Made by a program: the position numbers and the translations under genes. A stretch of DNA of 64,000 nucleotides. Source: Antedon mediterranea (Eukaryota; Animalia; Echinodermata). Below are positions 1 through 15,029 of this stretch, piece by piece. Below the pieces are notes generated by a model. It saw only the letters and a list, made by a program, of their open reading frames with translations. It did no database searches and had not been told where the DNA came from. Location of the stretch: positions 20,956,001 to 21,020,000 of the forward strand of contig NC_092674.1 in assembly GCF_964355755.1 (NCBI RefSeq). The letters run 5' to 3'. The number at the start of each line of letters is the position of its first letter. Position 1 is the first letter of the stretch.

Positions 1-1100
1 TCTTCTGCTCCTTTGTAATTTCGTATAATTAAATGCTCCACACACTTTCCAAAAAAATCTGGAATGGGAATATTTGATGCACATTTACATTTCGAGGGAG
101 AGTTCAGATGTTTTTATGATTCTTGTTGCCATATTTTGTAGCGAGAATTTAAATTGTGTCATCTTTGTTTTGTACAGTATTTGGATTTTGTTCACAGTTT
201 TTGTCTTTCGTCGGAAATTATTTGCAGAGAAAGTGGATGCGGTGTAGATTCTTCAGCAGAGCCTGTATAATGGTTATGGTGAATGATCACTTTCAAATTT
301 GATAATTAATTCATCTGTTGATTTGCCATCATTGTTCCCAGTTTCCCATAACTTTTGGTAGATGTTCGAATCGTGACAATTCCAACTGTGCCATAGTTTT
401 CTCCTTTTTTAGACGTTCCATCTAGATGTAATGTATGATTGGATTTGTCAAGCAGTTCTTGCGAGGATGACAACTAATCCATGTGTATTTTTGATAACGG
501 CTCTGTCTCCAAGCTTCCAAGTTGTGAAACACATGTAGTCTATAGCATTTCTAGCTCCAACATTATACTTTGTTGTTGTTGTTTAATAAATCCATAATTC
601 AACTATTTTTCATTGTAATGTCCATGTTCATATTACGTCTTCATCACTCTGTTTTTTCACTTCTTTGTTGTCATTTCTTCAAGTTTGCTTGCTCAAGATT
701 TGAGGCATGTTCAAGAAGAATTCCATTATATTTTTTTTTCATTATTGCACCACAGCTCTTACAACTTTCTCACCCTTTAATCTCCTTCCTTTAATCCTTG
801 TAAACATGCTAGTTTGCATTGTTTCACTTCTCCCTTGTTATTGCTTCCAATTACTTTTATTTAATCTGTAACTGTTCAGCTTTTAACCCATTGATATCAT
901 ATCAGAGGCCAACGTGCTATAGATGGTTTTAATTCTTCCTTTTGTTGACATTTTTTGGTGTGTATCGTGACATTTTTTCTCTTGCATCTATTATTTTTAC
1001 ATTATTTTCAAACTGTATAGTTACACAATCAAGTTCCTTTGCCATTGTTTGCATTTGATTGTTTTCACTGCCATTTGCCTTTTATTTCCTTTAATCCATT
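1..1100 (-). pseudogene. Degenerate, frameshifted DDE-transposase-like coding remnant
   Basis: Manual minus-strand translation of ~470-340 gives QELLDKSNHTLHLDGTSKKGENYGTVGIVT, resembling the strand-DGT first catalytic motif of RNase H-fold transposases. Upstream sequence is Lys/Glu-rich with many stops. Superfamily not assignable. Confidence 0.4.
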
Positions 1101-1194
1101 TTCACATGCAATTCCTTTCAGATCATGTATGTGTATTATAGGCTCTGCATAGACATCGTGTCATGGGAAAACCTTGTGTTTTCAATTATTTTTC

Positions 1195-1562
1195 AACAAC
1201 ATTTTCAAAAACAGTAAATATAAATATGTATGTTCTGATCATTTTGACACCAATATCAAGGTTCTATGATTTTTAGTTACGTAGATGTGAACATTTTGTT
1301 ATGCCATATATGGGTCAAAGGTCACAAAATGGAATTTCCGGTCTTGTTTCAGCAAAATGTTTAAAAAGGGTAAATATAAATATGTATGTTCTGAACATTT
1401 TGACACCAATATCAAGACTCTGTGATTTGCAGGTACGTAGATATATAAACGTCATGCCATATATGTCAAAGGTCACAAACTGGAATTTCCGGTCATGTTT
1501 CAACAAAATGTTCAAAAAGTGTAAATATAAACATATATATTTTGAACAATTTGACACCAATT
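1195..1562. repeat. ~155-bp diverged tandem repeat (~2.4 units), probably subterminal repeats of the DNA transposon remnant
   Basis: aaatataaa...ttttgacaccaat recurs at ~1216, ~1372 and ~1523. Confidence 0.7.
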
Positions 1563-2792
1563 ACAGCTGTCTACTACAAGCGGTAACATTGGCGGCCATC
1601 TTTTTTAAGGTCAAATTTTGAACCTTTGCGGTAGTAAGTCTGATTTGAGTAAACTGTTGATATATGTTTTTTGAGACCATATTTTATTTTAATACATCAA
1701 AAAAACATTTTCTTGGGGTTAGGCCCTATATTTTCATTGATCCGACTAACAGACTTTTGCTAGAATCGACGTGAGTGATATAGGGCGAAGATTTGAAGCA
1801 GTAGGAATTTCATAGTGGTTACTTTGGGGGACTCCGGGGACCGAAATGATGGAATGGGATTGTAATCTATTGCTCACAATTTGGATTCCCTTATGCCAAT
1901 TGGATGGATCATTCTTTTTTAAATTTGAAAGGCGGTCTTGATAAAAGAATTTTTTTTGCTGATTTGATAGAGAAAATGATTTTGTTTCTAAGGAAGCGCC
2001 ACAGGTACGTTTTATTTTGGCAAAAGGCTACTTAACAAAAACCTTATTACGACATCTTCAGATAAATGTTTTAATTCTGGTAAAGTTACAAAATGCTATG
2101 CTTAGACATTTTTTTAGATAGGCTGTGCACAAAATCGTGGAAAGAAAGAAGAATAAAGAAGAAGAAAAGAAGAAGACCCTGACAATAACAAGGGTTATCC
2201 GCAAAAAAAAAAAAAAAAAAAAAAGCCTCTTATTTTTTCTCCAATTATAGTGTACATAATTTCAAGTATGTACACTATAATCATTCTAAATTAACTTGAT
2301 CTTCAACATATTGTAATATGTTATGAGATGACAATTATTAATTGGACCTATTTACTCATCCCTGGAGAACGCATGACTGAACATCACAGGCAAGTAGTTC
2401 CTCGAAATAAAAGTCGTTTAAATGAGTGAGCATGGAGCATAATCGGTGTCACTCTGGAGGAATTGAAACATAATTGTGTAGCCTATACACAAATTACAGC
2501 GTGTATGTTGGTCTTCAGAAACCTGTTCGCTCATAAGTAAGTTTAATATTTATTTTCACTTATATTTTTATCTGTTTAAGTGAAGGTGAAAATAAATAAT
2601 AATACATTAATATAACAATTCACTTTCATTTTTACGAGGTTGTTAAATAGTTTAGCTAAAAATTAGGGTAGTCAATAAGCGCATTAGATTGGACATCCTG
2701 ATATCAATGTTATGGTTTTTACATATCTTAACCACATTTTACACAACCACAAATTACTGGTTAAATAGCCTTATATATTAAATAGCCTTATA

Positions 2793-5131
2793 TAACGATG
2801 ATAATCAAAACCTGTTAACAGATATAATAATGGATCTACAGATAATACGGGAAGCATTGTTGGCTGCAAAAAATAATAAAGCACCAGGAGTTGACAATAT
2901 TACGAACGAACTTCTTAAAAATGGTGGTAATGCAATTGTAATGTCTCTAATGCAGTTATTTAACAAATTGATTCAAATTGAAAAGATCCCAAGTGAATGG
3001 AACTTGAGTATAATTGTTCCAATCTTTAAAAAAGGGGACAAAGCAGATTTAAACAACTATAGAGGTATTTCACTAACTTCATGTATATCAAAAATATTTA
3101 ACAGAGTTATTTCTATGCATATCTCTAGTTTCATTGAAAAAGAAGATCTGCTCTCGGAAGTCCAGGGAGGCTTTAGATCACAACATAGATGTGAAGATCA
3201 TATTTTTACCCTTAAAAGTATTCTAACATGTCGAACAAAAGAAGGGAAAAATACATATCTAGCCTTCCTGGACTTCCGAAAAGCTTTTGACAGTGTGTGG
3301 CGGGAAGGCCTATTAAAATCAGCATGGGATGTCGGAATAAGGGGAAAGGTTTGGCGAATCATTAAGTGTTTGTATAGTAATGTCAAAGCAAAGGTTAGAA
3401 TGGGGAATGATCTTACAGATCAATTTAATGTAAATAAGGGTGTAAAACAGGGATGCGTTTTATCCCCAATATTATTTTGTATCTTCATAAATGAATTTGT
3501 TAAAATGCTCCGTAGTAATGATTTAGGAGTTAGAATGAATGGTTCATGGATGGGTGGCCTCTTTTGGGCCGATGATGTTGTTTTGCTAGCTAATAATGAA
3601 TTTGAAATGTTAAAAATGCTGGATATTGCAGGGAAATATGCAAAGGAGTGGAAGTTAAGCTTCAATTATGACAAATCTAATGTAATGGTTACTGGGAAAC
3701 GTGTCAATCGTGATAAAAAATGGAAAATTGGAGATGAATTTATAACGGAGGTAAACAATTATAAATATCTAGGTGTAATAATTTGTGCAAATCAAAAAGA
3801 GCATGGTCACTACCAACATGTTATACAAAAAGGAAATCGTTTAATCGCATATATTAAAGGTATAATAGGAAATCTTGATGATTTCAATAGGGTCTATTTC
3901 GGGAATATCCTATGGAAAACAATTGCACTTCCCTCGATTAACTATGCATGTGGTGTATGGCACTGTAATTCAAAAGGCGATATTTACAATTTATAAAAAT
4001 TACAGCTACAAATGGCCAGATTCCTACTAAAAGCTCCGAGATGCACACCGCAACAAGCACTATATGGTGATTTAGGGTGGAGTCCATTATCAAAAACACA
4101 TGAAATTACTAAAATCAAATACCTCAAACGTGTTATAAATATGAATGTAAATAGATGGCCTAATATTTCACTCCATTGCATGTTTCAACTCAACAGTGAT
4201 TTTGATTCATTAAAATACAACTTTTTAGCTTTATGTAAAGAAACTTTAGATAAATGCCAAGACTTAAATATGTTTGAACAAGTTTTTGATACTGAAAATT
4301 ATACTTTTAATTCATTCTCTGTTAAAACCATAGATGACCATGTTGCAGATGCATACACTTTGGATTGGTTAAATAATATAAACCAAAAGTCATCCCTTGA
4401 AGATTACTCCAAACTAAAAGAAAGTCCTAGCCTTGAGAGTTATCTTCTTGATAAAACCAATTTCACAGGTGCAAGCTTAAAATTTAAATTAAGATCCAAC
4501 ACTTTACCTCTAGATGGACGAACCTGTAAATGGTCTAAAGAAATATCTGGCCACTGCACTATATGTCAGAGTGGTGAAATAGAAAATGTACAGCATTTTT
4601 TATTTAATTGCCAAGCTTTTAATGCTATAAGGGAGATCCAATTAGTGAAGCTAAATAATGACCTTGAAAATTTGGATGAGTCTGCAACATGGGAACATTT
4701 TATAAATGCTGATGTTAATGAAAAAACTACTATAGTTTTAGGGGGAGATATTAACTTGGATCCTAGTAAAGCTGTCTTGACAGCATTTGACAAATACTGT
4801 AAGAATTTTCTTAAAGTTGCCTGGAAAAAAAGATCCGAGTTAAAAAAGAGTTAATTTGCATTGTTGCTTTATAATTTTGTTTATTAATTTTCACTGTATT
4901 GTATTTAATGTTGCAGAGAAAGACTGGTGTACATCTCTGTAAATCTTTTTTTAAATTACTATTTGTGTTTACTGTATTCGTTGATCTTAAAGTTTATTTT
5001 CATACTTTAATTTGTTAATTAACTATTGTATAATTCATTTCCTTTTCTTTTTCTTTAAACTTATGAACGCACCGTCATAAAACGTGTGCCGCTGTTCTAA
5101 AAGCGTCTGTTCAAATAAAGTTATTATTATT
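2793..5131 (+). mobile_element. 5'-truncated non-LTR retrotransposon (LINE) with short (TTA)n tail
   Basis: RT ORF; aataaa followed by ttattattatt at ~5114-5131. The paralogous empty site at ~52760-52795 (ggttaaataccttatattgtttcttagacgc) defines the boundaries. Confidence 0.9.
2830..4854 (+). pseudogene. LINE ORF2 (reverse transcriptase + C-terminal CCHC knuckle), one in-frame stop at 3994-3996
   Basis: KAPGVD, YRGISL, QGGFR, FLDFRKAFDSV, GVKQGCVLSP, WADD, YKYLG; C-terminal CTIC...HFLFNC. ORFs 2830-3996 and 4012-4854 are in the same frame. Confidence 0.9.
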
Positions 5132-5921
5132 GTTTCTTAGACGCACTGTTGGTAGTTCGTCGGTGAGCACAAGCATATTTTACAAATCTTAGACTGTACT
5201 AGCGTCTATTTTTGCTTATGTCAAGAGAGTTTAAAAGTGCTAAATTGAAATACTGAGGTTTTTAATAAAAATGTTGATCTATAAAATGGGTTTCGTCATT
5301 AAGTTTGAAGTAAAGTAAACGTAAACATCCGATTGGGTAAATTTGTAAAACTTATAAACTTGTGGGAGACCCGTGTTGCTAAACACGTTTAATAAACTCC
5401 CGACTCACAAAAACAACTTATTATTTGGTCATTTTTCTTATCCTTTTCTACTCAATATTTATTATTCAGTCTCAAGTTCAGATTTTCCTAACTTTATCTT
5501 TTCAGATTTTTTGTAATGACATTTTTACAGTAAGATGTACACATTACATCTTTCCTTAAAAAAAGAACCCCTGATTGATGTTTAGAGAATTATGTCTTTA
5601 ATTCTAAGTCTAACGACAAACGAGAATAAATTCTGCGGCGCATGCTGACGGCAACCTAGTACCATGGGCTACTGTAGCATTTTTCATCACTTGTTCAATA
5701 AATGAGTGCTGCACTCAGCAGACACGATATTGCTGGTTTGCGATACAAAATTTTAAAAATGTATCTTTTACAGTAAATACAAAGTACAGACGTGGTGCAT
5801 CTTTTGTACTTTTATCATAAGTGGTTTTTCTTTCCTGATTGTAGAATTAAGTTCTAGAATGTTTTTTATTACTTATTTACAAATTTTTTTTTTATTTATC
5901 AAGAATAAGTGATACATTGCA

Positions 5922-8836
5922 ATGGATTTGTTGAAGAAGTTATGGGGTTTTACCTGTGTACTGATCATTGTTTACAACACTGGTAAGTATTTAATATATA
6001 ATAATGGTGATTGATTCTTTCCTTATAATGCTTTTATTGTGACAGCAAATGTCTTACATGTTGATTATCTATTTACTATATTAATTATCTTTTGACAAAC
6101 TGGTTTGTTTTATAGTTGTTATGTGGTTGTGTTGAAACTAAAGCAAGTATGAACACTCCATGACTTTGAAATTGCTGATATAATCGGTTTTTTTTAAACC
6201 GAAACGAGTTATTTCATCATGTTTGACCTTGAAATCAATGTTTCACAAATAATGGTTTCGTGCAACATATTAATATTTCCATTGTATTGTGATTACCTTT
6301 AGTTTCAGATTTCATTGATTCTTTTTTTTATTTTGTAAATTTAGAGCCAAACTTTGTAAATGCATTACACGAACATAACTGTTTGTTGTCAAGCATGATG
6401 GTCCGTGATAAGAAAGACTATAATGTTAAAATGGATCGTGTTGTTAACTCTCGTTCTGCCATTCAATGCGTCAGCTTTTGTACTCTTGACCCAACATGCG
6501 TGTCTATCCGTTTTGATGGAATTAATTCATGTGTGATGTACAGCGTCGAAAGCGGTAGTTTAGATACTGACAATGGTCAACCTACATACTACGAAATTAC
6601 CAAGGTATTATGGCGTGTCCAGGGATATTTTTCAAAACAATACGTGATTAACTACAACTAGTACTATAGTGTGCTACAATTACATTTCTACTGATACAAA
6701 CACAATTATTTTGACATATTGCTCACGAACGTACGCTTACGTACTAATACGTAACAAAATATGTTAATTTTCGTCCTATTCACGCTATAACTGCACAAAC
6801 AAGTTTCTTGCAAATGCGGAATTTAATTGTTCTCCGACTTGATCCGATTTACTATAACAAATAAATAATGATTACAAAATAATATATACGGTATCTATCA
6901 TACAGTACAACATAAATAATTCTATACAATAATAATAGACCTTACATGACAATCTAAATAAGTCATAGATAAAACAATACAATATAAATAATTCTTGGTT
7001 TAAAATAATTACAACTATAATAATAATAATAATAATAATAACACTAATAATAATAATAATAATAATAAGATAAGTCTCAATTGCTTACCAAAGATATGCC
7101 TGGATAACATGTGCAGCTATAGCTATACACTATATCAATTACTACTGTACTACAGCTTTAGGCTTCTAAGTAGTCCTTGGTACATCTACCACTTCTATAG
7201 GCTTCTAAGTAAGCCTTGGTACATCTACCACTTCTATAGGCTTCTAAGTAAGCCTTGGTACATCTACCACTTCTATAGGCTTCTAAGTAAGCCTTGGTAC
7301 ATCTACCACTTCTATAGGCTTCTAAGTAGGCCTTTTGTGCTTGCTAGGTCCTTACCCAACAAGCCTAACTATCCAACTGCCAGCCACAGCCCAAGCAAGC
7401 TATGCCCTCATTAGCATAACCCATATGGTTGGTCACCTGTTCACTTGACACCCTTCAGTGAACACAAGAACAGTATACCTAGCTTGGATTTGGCACTTAC
7501 ACACGCATTACATCATAATTTACCTCCTATCAGAAACAGGCCCCGTGATCTAAGCAACTGGGTTGGGGGATTGGATCCAGTTGGGTTGGTCACAGTTAGG
7601 CATTTCTGGGTACCAAGAGTGAAATTATTTTAAAATTTAATTCTCTGGGAGTACTGTTTTTGTCGTAGGCTTAAATCCCAGATCGTTTGGTCATCAATGG
7701 ATGGTGTTACTACACACACTTACAAACGTAAACATTACTTACAGATGTTTTTCTTTTATTTTCATTTGTTGCACATCTGAGTGTTAAACATTTGAAAAAA
7801 ATGTTATTATGCCGGCCTGACCATTTTGGTGAGCACGTATTATTTAGTAGACGTAGAAAGTGTATCATGTAACTTTCGCAAGTCTGTGAAAACAATGATG
7901 CGTATTGCGCATTCGCGACTTAAATTCTTCCATCATTGACAATGTCATCATTTACTATTATTTATTCTTCATATATCTAGATAAGAAATCATGAATGTAT
8001 TGGTTACAATGAAAACAACGAGGAGGTCAAATGCGTTTACCAACATGGACATGAATGCGAAAATATGAGTAAGTTAATTACTGTCATTACACGACGAAGG
8101 GTAGAGGTTTCGTGTTCAAACAAAATACATCAAATTCAAAATGATTGATGGAGGCTCGCGTTAAAAGTTGTAAACTGGTCGTGCGTAATATCATTGTTTA
8201 ATATCATTATCATATTATGATTATTTAAATTGTGCTGCTTGGTTCATAAGAACACTGTACATTGACCGGTCACGGCACGATGGATACCATCTTAACTGTC
8301 GCTTTCGCTTGGTCAACTCACTTGCTGTTCGCCTACGTCATTGGAAACAAGCTTAATTTTGTTTTGTTTGTTAAGTTATCACTAGTTTTATCTATTTTTT
8401 CTCTACAGTCTGCAAACAATATGTTACAACTGCAAACTACGAATATCGTTTTGATATCCTAATACTACAAGTAGAAACGACGACAAGGATAGAGTTCAGT
8501 GCCGTTGCTAAAAGTGACGTTCACATTGCCTTATCGTCAAGTCCGGGGGTTATGACACCAATGTATGAGATTGTGATTGGTGGCTGGGGAAACACTAAAT
8601 CAGTCATACGCCGCTGTTCGCAGTGTGACAATGAGAAAGAACATGCTGAAACTGGAATGCTATCTGTGGATAAGTTTACCAAATTCTGGATATCGTTTGA
8701 AAATGGATCAATACGTGTTGGTCTGGTAGGCAGTGACCCTTTCATGGAATGGGATGACCCAAATCCATTTCCTTTCAAATACGTTGGATTCTCAACATGG
8801 CATAACATCAAAGGAATTTTTCAATTTTGCCATTAA
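5922..8836 (+). CDS. Secreted PAN/Apple + FAMeT-like (Methyltransf_FA) domain protein, copy 1 (278 aa; exons 5922-5982, 6345-6604, 7981-8068, 8409-8836)
   Basis: All GT-AG junctions in phase. Signal-peptide-like MDLLKKLWGFTCVLIIVYNT; PAN pattern SAIQCVSFCTLDPTCVSIRF...C; FAMeT motifs DVHIALS, YEIVIGGWGNTKSVIR, FWISF, PFMEWDDPNPF, VGFSTW. Confidence 0.85.
6786..7501. mobile_element. Probable solo LTR in intron 2 of copy 1
   Basis: Absent from the same intron of copy 2 (~19565-19580). Flanked by 5-bp direct repeat CACGC (6781-6785, 7502-7506); ends TATAAC...CTTACA (degenerate TG...CA). Confidence 0.6.
7161..7329. repeat. 39-bp minisatellite (~4.3 copies); (TAA)n tract nearby at ~7017-7068
   Basis: Unit ggcttctaagtaagccttggtacatctaccacttctata repeated almost perfectly. 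Confidence 0.95.
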
Positions 8837-11800
8837 AAATAATTGGTAGTCTAATTATTGGTTATGTACGAAATCCATCTTTAACAGCTTTTCTCATGCC
8901 ATCCTTGGATTTACCTTGTCCGAGGCCATGGGTCTTTTCTGTTTGATGGTTGCGTTCCTTATTCTCAGTTTTGTATGTAAATCGTGTATAGAGCTTAGAG
9001 CTGCAATCTCTACGAGAATACCAACATTTTCAGAGAATGAATTCTTGTGCCTATTCTAAAGAAACCCAATATAGATCATTCAATACCAACCAACTACAGA
9101 ACAATAATTGTTTTTTAATATCCTGTCAAAACTATTTGAACTAGGTTTTAACGAATCATGTAAACTTGACCCATCAGGATCAGGAAGGAATGGGGAAATT
9201 AATACGTGGGGGTAGTTGGGGAACGTGTACGGATATAAATATTGTATGAGAAGTTTCAAAATGATGATCAGACCAACACGTTTTACTAGATAATTTTTCA
9301 ATATTGAAATGAAAAACAATAAATAGTAAACTGAAAGTTAATTGGATGTTTTTTTGTATGGTGAATTTATACGAAAATATTGTAAATAATGAATATGCTT
9401 TAAATTATTCTGTTTTTAAAATATTGGCAAATTTTAAATAAAAGGTCTAGAAAATTCATTTGTATTATTTAGTATTCAAAATGTATAAGAATAATTTCAT
9501 AAAATGACACGTACGTTAGCCCGGCGCTTACGAACACCTTATTACGACATCTTCAGATAAATGTTTAATTTCTGGTAAAGTTACAAAATGCTATGCTTAC
9601 AAGTTTTTGAGAAAACAAAATTGTGGAAACAGTGACGAATAAAGAAGATGAAAAGAAGAAGATCGTGACAATAACAATAGCAATAACAATATAATAATTA
9701 TAATAACAATAATAATAATAATTCATACAATAACAATAGGCGATCATTTTATTTTAAGTTATACCTAATTATGTACTATAATACTTCTACTGATAAGATC
9801 TTTAGCATATTGTAATATACAAACGATTTTAAAACAAGTTAGTGTTTACGGAGCAACCGACCTACATAGTCGGCCCACTAAAGCTGATGATAAACTTTCT
9901 CCTCGCATAAAAGAAATAAATGCATTTTGCAATGGGTTCGTTATTGAAAACTGGTCAGAAATGTACAATTGTGATTCAAAATTAGCGTTTGAAACAGTTT
10001 TATTTAAATTTTATAATATTCATGATAAGCATACTTCTCATAACACTATACCCTTCAGGAAAATACCCAAACAACCGTGGATGTCACCTGGTTTAATAAA
10101 AAGTAGTAGAAGGAAACATAAACTGTACAACAAATCTATTTTCTCTCAGAATCCCAATCACAAATCAATATAATATTAAATATAACAATATGTTCAATAA
10201 ACTTTGTCGTACAGCTAAAAGAAATTATTACTTTTCAAAATTTGACGCTGTCAAAATGTAATCTAAAAAAATTTCATCTGCGATAATTTCTGTACTCAAT
10301 TCAAATAAGACTAATAGAAATTACCCCATACTCATTGAAACAGATGATAAAACCATTACTTCTGATCAAGGCATTTGCGACTCTTTTAATAAATATTTTT
10401 CCTCAATCGGTTCTTCTCTATGCAATTCTATGTTAGATCCTCAAATTGATTTTTTAAGTCCTATCTTCCAAACCCAGTTTTTCAATAATGTTTCATTAAT
10501 CCTGTAACCGAATATGAAGTTTTACAAATAATTAACATTAATGATTTAAATTCCAATAAAGGCGGTGGTCACGACAAAAGTACGTCACGCATTATTAAAA
10601 TAGCTTCCCCTCACATTGTCAAACACTTTTACCTTTCTATTACCTCTTCTTTTTCGACTGGCAATTTTCCAAATTATTAGAAGCTCGCCAAAGTTATACC
10701 TGTTGTTAAAAAAGGCAGCAAAGATATACTCTCAAATTATAGACCGATTTCATTACTTAGTGCTTTCTCTAAAATAACATGCAGAAAGTTAATGTACTTG
10801 CGTCTTTATGACTTTCTGGACTGTCATAATATTCTTTTTACACATCAATATGGTCTCCGCAAAAATCATTCTACATCTCATGCGATTATGGATTTTATTA
10901 AAAATGTAACTGCAAAGATAATTTTTGTTATCAGTTTTTGTTGACCTATCTATAGCATTCGACGTTATTAATCATAAGATTCTTATTGGTAAATTACATA
11001 ACTATGGTATTAGAGGTATTGCTTTAGAATGGTTTACAAGTTACCTGAAACATAGGAAACAAATGTTTCTTTGGGTAACTGTCTTTCATCGGAGGAGGAA
11101 ATCACTTTTGGGGTGCCACAAGGTTCTGTCCTTGGACCATTGTTATTTTTAATTCATGTGAACGATTTATCCAGAGCCAGTCGGGTTATTTCTTTTGCCG
11201 ATGACACTACGCTTTTTTTATTCCCATCCTGATTTAAATGTTTTATATGCTACAGTGAATAATGAGTTAATATCTATAAATGACTGGTTCATCTCAAATA
11301 AACTTATTATCAACTCACGAAAAACAAATTATATCCTCAACAAAGAAAGCCTATTTATTCAAATGGAAAAACTATTGAACGCATGCCTAAAACTCTGTTA
11401 CTTGACGTCTATATTCAAGAACATTTGAGATGGACCTGTCATCAAAATCACGTAGCAAAAAAGGTTTCTAAAATAATAGGAATTATTAACTCAAATATAT
11501 TTTCCCACAAGGGTGTTCTTCTTGCTTTATATAACTCATTAATACTTCCACACATTCATTATTGTAATATAATTTGGTGTGCTGATTACCCTTCAAATAT
11601 TAACAAAGTAAACAAACTGATAAAAAAAATGGCGCTGACAGAAGCGATACATCTGTTTATACATTAAAACACTTCATGAAAAAATTGAAGTTAAAAGATG
11701 TATGGAGAAATAAAAATCCAAATAAAATTCAATTTACATGGCGAGGAAAATGCCACCAAGTATATAGACGACTTGGTTTCTGGCTAATCTCAAACAATAT

Positions 11801-12199
11801 TTTTGATCATGATGGAATAAAATCTTGTGACATAAGCCCTGCAATATTTACAGACCATCAGGCAATCTCAATTAAGATTGAGTTTATTGATTTAAGAAAA
11901 GGCCCTAGCTACTGGAAAATGAACAATGAACATTACAGATATTGAATATCGAAATTCTATTCGGAAAATAATTTTAAAAACACAAATAAATGAAAATAAT
12001 TTTGACCCTGAAATATTATGGGAATTAATCAAAATCAGAGTTAAGTATTCAGTATTCAGTATTCATTTATTATCCAGAAAAATACAAACAATAATACAAA
12101 AAAGCATAAATAACATAAAAACAAAAACAAGCATAGAAAAACGCAGAAAGCACTATCCTGGCAGATTGTCAAAAAGCAAAATATCGCTATAAAAGACTC

Positions 12200-13119
12200 T
12201 CCTGATAGTGCCAGTGGCAAAATAACAGAAACAAGGTTAAACATTTAACAATCCGGTAACATAGAATTTATATAAAACAGAATAAAAATTACAGTCATTA
12301 TAAATAAACATGCCTGTGATATATACCGGAATCTCATCCCACATCCGTGGAAATGAAATAAAAACAGAGTTTAAAAAAAGCATTAGTACGAGACTTCTCA
12401 TGTCTGAAAACAAGTTTCTCACTTCTACGTTCAACAGGTTTAGGTAGCAAAGCACCATCAATTAGGAAATCAGTACAGAGGCACTTCACAACAAATTTAA
12501 CACGGATGAATTTAAGTCTATTATAAATCGTGGGTAATGAGTCCGTAACCTTTGTTCGTATGACGGCCGCATGTCATAATCCATATGAAAAAAAACCTGG
12601 GAAGCATGATCGTGTAAAGCGTCTCTGAACAGATTCAATCTGATTGATGGTGCTTTGCAGAAATGGAAACCAGACAGGTGAAGCGTATTCAATTACAGGC
12701 CTAATGATATACTTAAATAATTTAGGAAAAACGGTCTGATCATTGGTTCTAACACACCTCTTAATAAATCCTACAAGTTTATTGCATTTACCAGTAGTCA
12801 GAGAGATGTGTTTATTCCACTTCAAATCTGAAGACAAGGTAACACCAATATACTTTATTATCAATTTTATAATGAAAATACTGTTTTACTTTCGATCTAG
12901 AGATCGACATAACCTTACATTTACTGTTATTTAGAGACATACAATTATCAGTGCCCCATAGGGCTATGGCAGCTAGATCGTCTTGAAGCTTCAAACAATC
13001 ATCTTGATTATTTATTACTCTGAACAAGACAGTATCATCTGCATATAATGCATTATTTGAATTAACTACTGATGGGAGCTCACATGTATACAAATTAAAA
13101 AGAATAGGTCCCAACATGG
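12200..13119 (-). mobile_element. Inverted CR1/L2-like RT fragment nested in the Tx1-like element
   Basis: Minus-strand LGPILFNLY...LYADDT...LQDDL, KYIGV, IRPVIEYASPVW, IESVQRRFTR. Boundaries approximate. Confidence 0.75.
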
Positions 13120-15029
13120 AAAGAAAATAAATAAAAAATAAAAATAAACAAAAAGAGAAACTACAAAAAGAAATAAAGCAATTAAATGATGCATTATTAT
13201 ATAGTTGCTCCATAGAAATAAACATTAAAACAAAAACTAAAGAGTTAGAAAACATTTATGATAATGAAACAAAAGGTGCATACGTACGTTCAAGGGTAAA
13301 GTGGATAGAAGAAGGTGAACGTAGCACAAAATACTTTATAAATTTAGAAAAAAGAAATGGTAATAAAAAGGTTATAAAAAGTCTTAAAAAATTGAACGGC
13401 GAAATTATAACAACCTCAAAAAATAATCTTCGAGAAGAGGTTAGGTTTATAAACAGCTTTATGCAAAGAAAGAAATTCCTCTTAATTAAATAGAATCATA
13501 TCTTAACAAAACAGATATACCATGTTTAACAGAAAAAGAAAAGAGTTTATGTGAGTGTATTGTTACCTTATATGAATGTGAAAAGGCAATACAGAGTATA
13601 AAATCAAACAAAGCACCAGGATGCGATGGTTTGACAGTAGAATTTTATAAATGTTTTTGGGAAAAAATTAAAGAAAGCGTCTGTAGTGCTTTAAATTACT
13701 GTTATTGTAAAAAATGAGCACTAATCAAAAACGGGGTGTCATTAAACTATTGTACAAAAAAGGTGACAAAGAACTGTTAGACAACTGGTGGCCTATTACA
13801 TTGCTTAACACAGACTATAAAATCCTGACTCACATACTATGGTCAAGACTTCAAAACGTAATTAAGACGCTAGTTAATGAGGACCAAAAAGGCTATATTA
13901 AGAGTCGATTCTCTGGCGAGAATATTAGAATGATTAATGACATTCTTCATTACACTGAAGAAACAGAAACAGAAGGTGCTATAATATCACTTGAAAAAGC
14001 TTTCGATTCTGTTAGCAGGGAGTTTATGTTCTGTGTATTAAGAAAATGTAATTTTGGCGAATCTTTTAGTAAATGGGTAAAAACATTATATAGTAACACA
14101 GAGTGTATCATTATAAATAATGGATAGACATCGACTAATTTTAAAATGGAAGGTGGAGTAAGACAAGGTTGTCCGTTGTCAGCTTTGTTATTTATCCTTC
14201 CGTAATAATTATAAGGAATGATTTAATCTATAAAGGAATACCAGTTCCTAAAAAAGATTGTGGTTTTGAAGAGGTGCGTATTGCGCAGCTTGCTGACGAT
14301 ACGATGTTTTTTGTCGGAAATGACAAAAGTATAACTAGGAGTGTACAATTGTAAAACAACTTTGTAAAGTGTCTGGTATGTGTTTAAATGAGCATAAAAC
14401 CAACGCTATGTGGATAGGTAAAAATGGAAATAGAATTGAAAAGCCTGGTAAACTGAATTGGGTAGATAAACCAATTACGATATTAGGTATCTATATTGGA
14501 TACAATACCAGATTGTGCAAAGAGTTAAACTGGGATGCTAAAATGATAAACTTTGAAAGACTACTGAATACTTGGAAAATGAGAGATCTAACATATTATG
14601 GTAAGGTGACAATTCTAAAAAGTCTCGCACTGTCAAAATTGATATACAATGCTTCAATTATAGATGTACCTAACCATGTTATCGCGACAGTAAATAAATT
14701 GTCATATGAATTCTTATGGAATGGTACAAAAGAAAAAATAAAAAGAAAAACAATAATTGGTAAACCGTTAGAAGGAGGCATTGGCATGCCTGATTTCTCA
14801 CTACAAGTAAAAGCACTTAAAATTAAATGGGCGAGAAATCTCCTATCGAGAAAACATATAAAGGTCGAAATTGTTGCCTTTGCATTACATCAATAGAATA
14901 GGTAATGAGAATATTTTATTCAGTATGTCATGCATCAATCTCACTAATCAGAAGATCTTTCAAGATAATATAAAAATAAAATTTTTAAATTGTAACAATC
15001 TTTATAATTGTGATTATAAAAAAATATAT

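Noticed and set aside
7109-7414. 101-aa ORF with WYIYHFYRLLSKP repeats
   Set aside because: Translation of a 39-bp minisatellite inside an intronic insertion.
8409-8836. Calling the triplet genes true farnesoic acid O-methyltransferases
   Set aside because: Signal peptide and PAN domain present and no SAM-binding motif; the domain name does not establish the activity.
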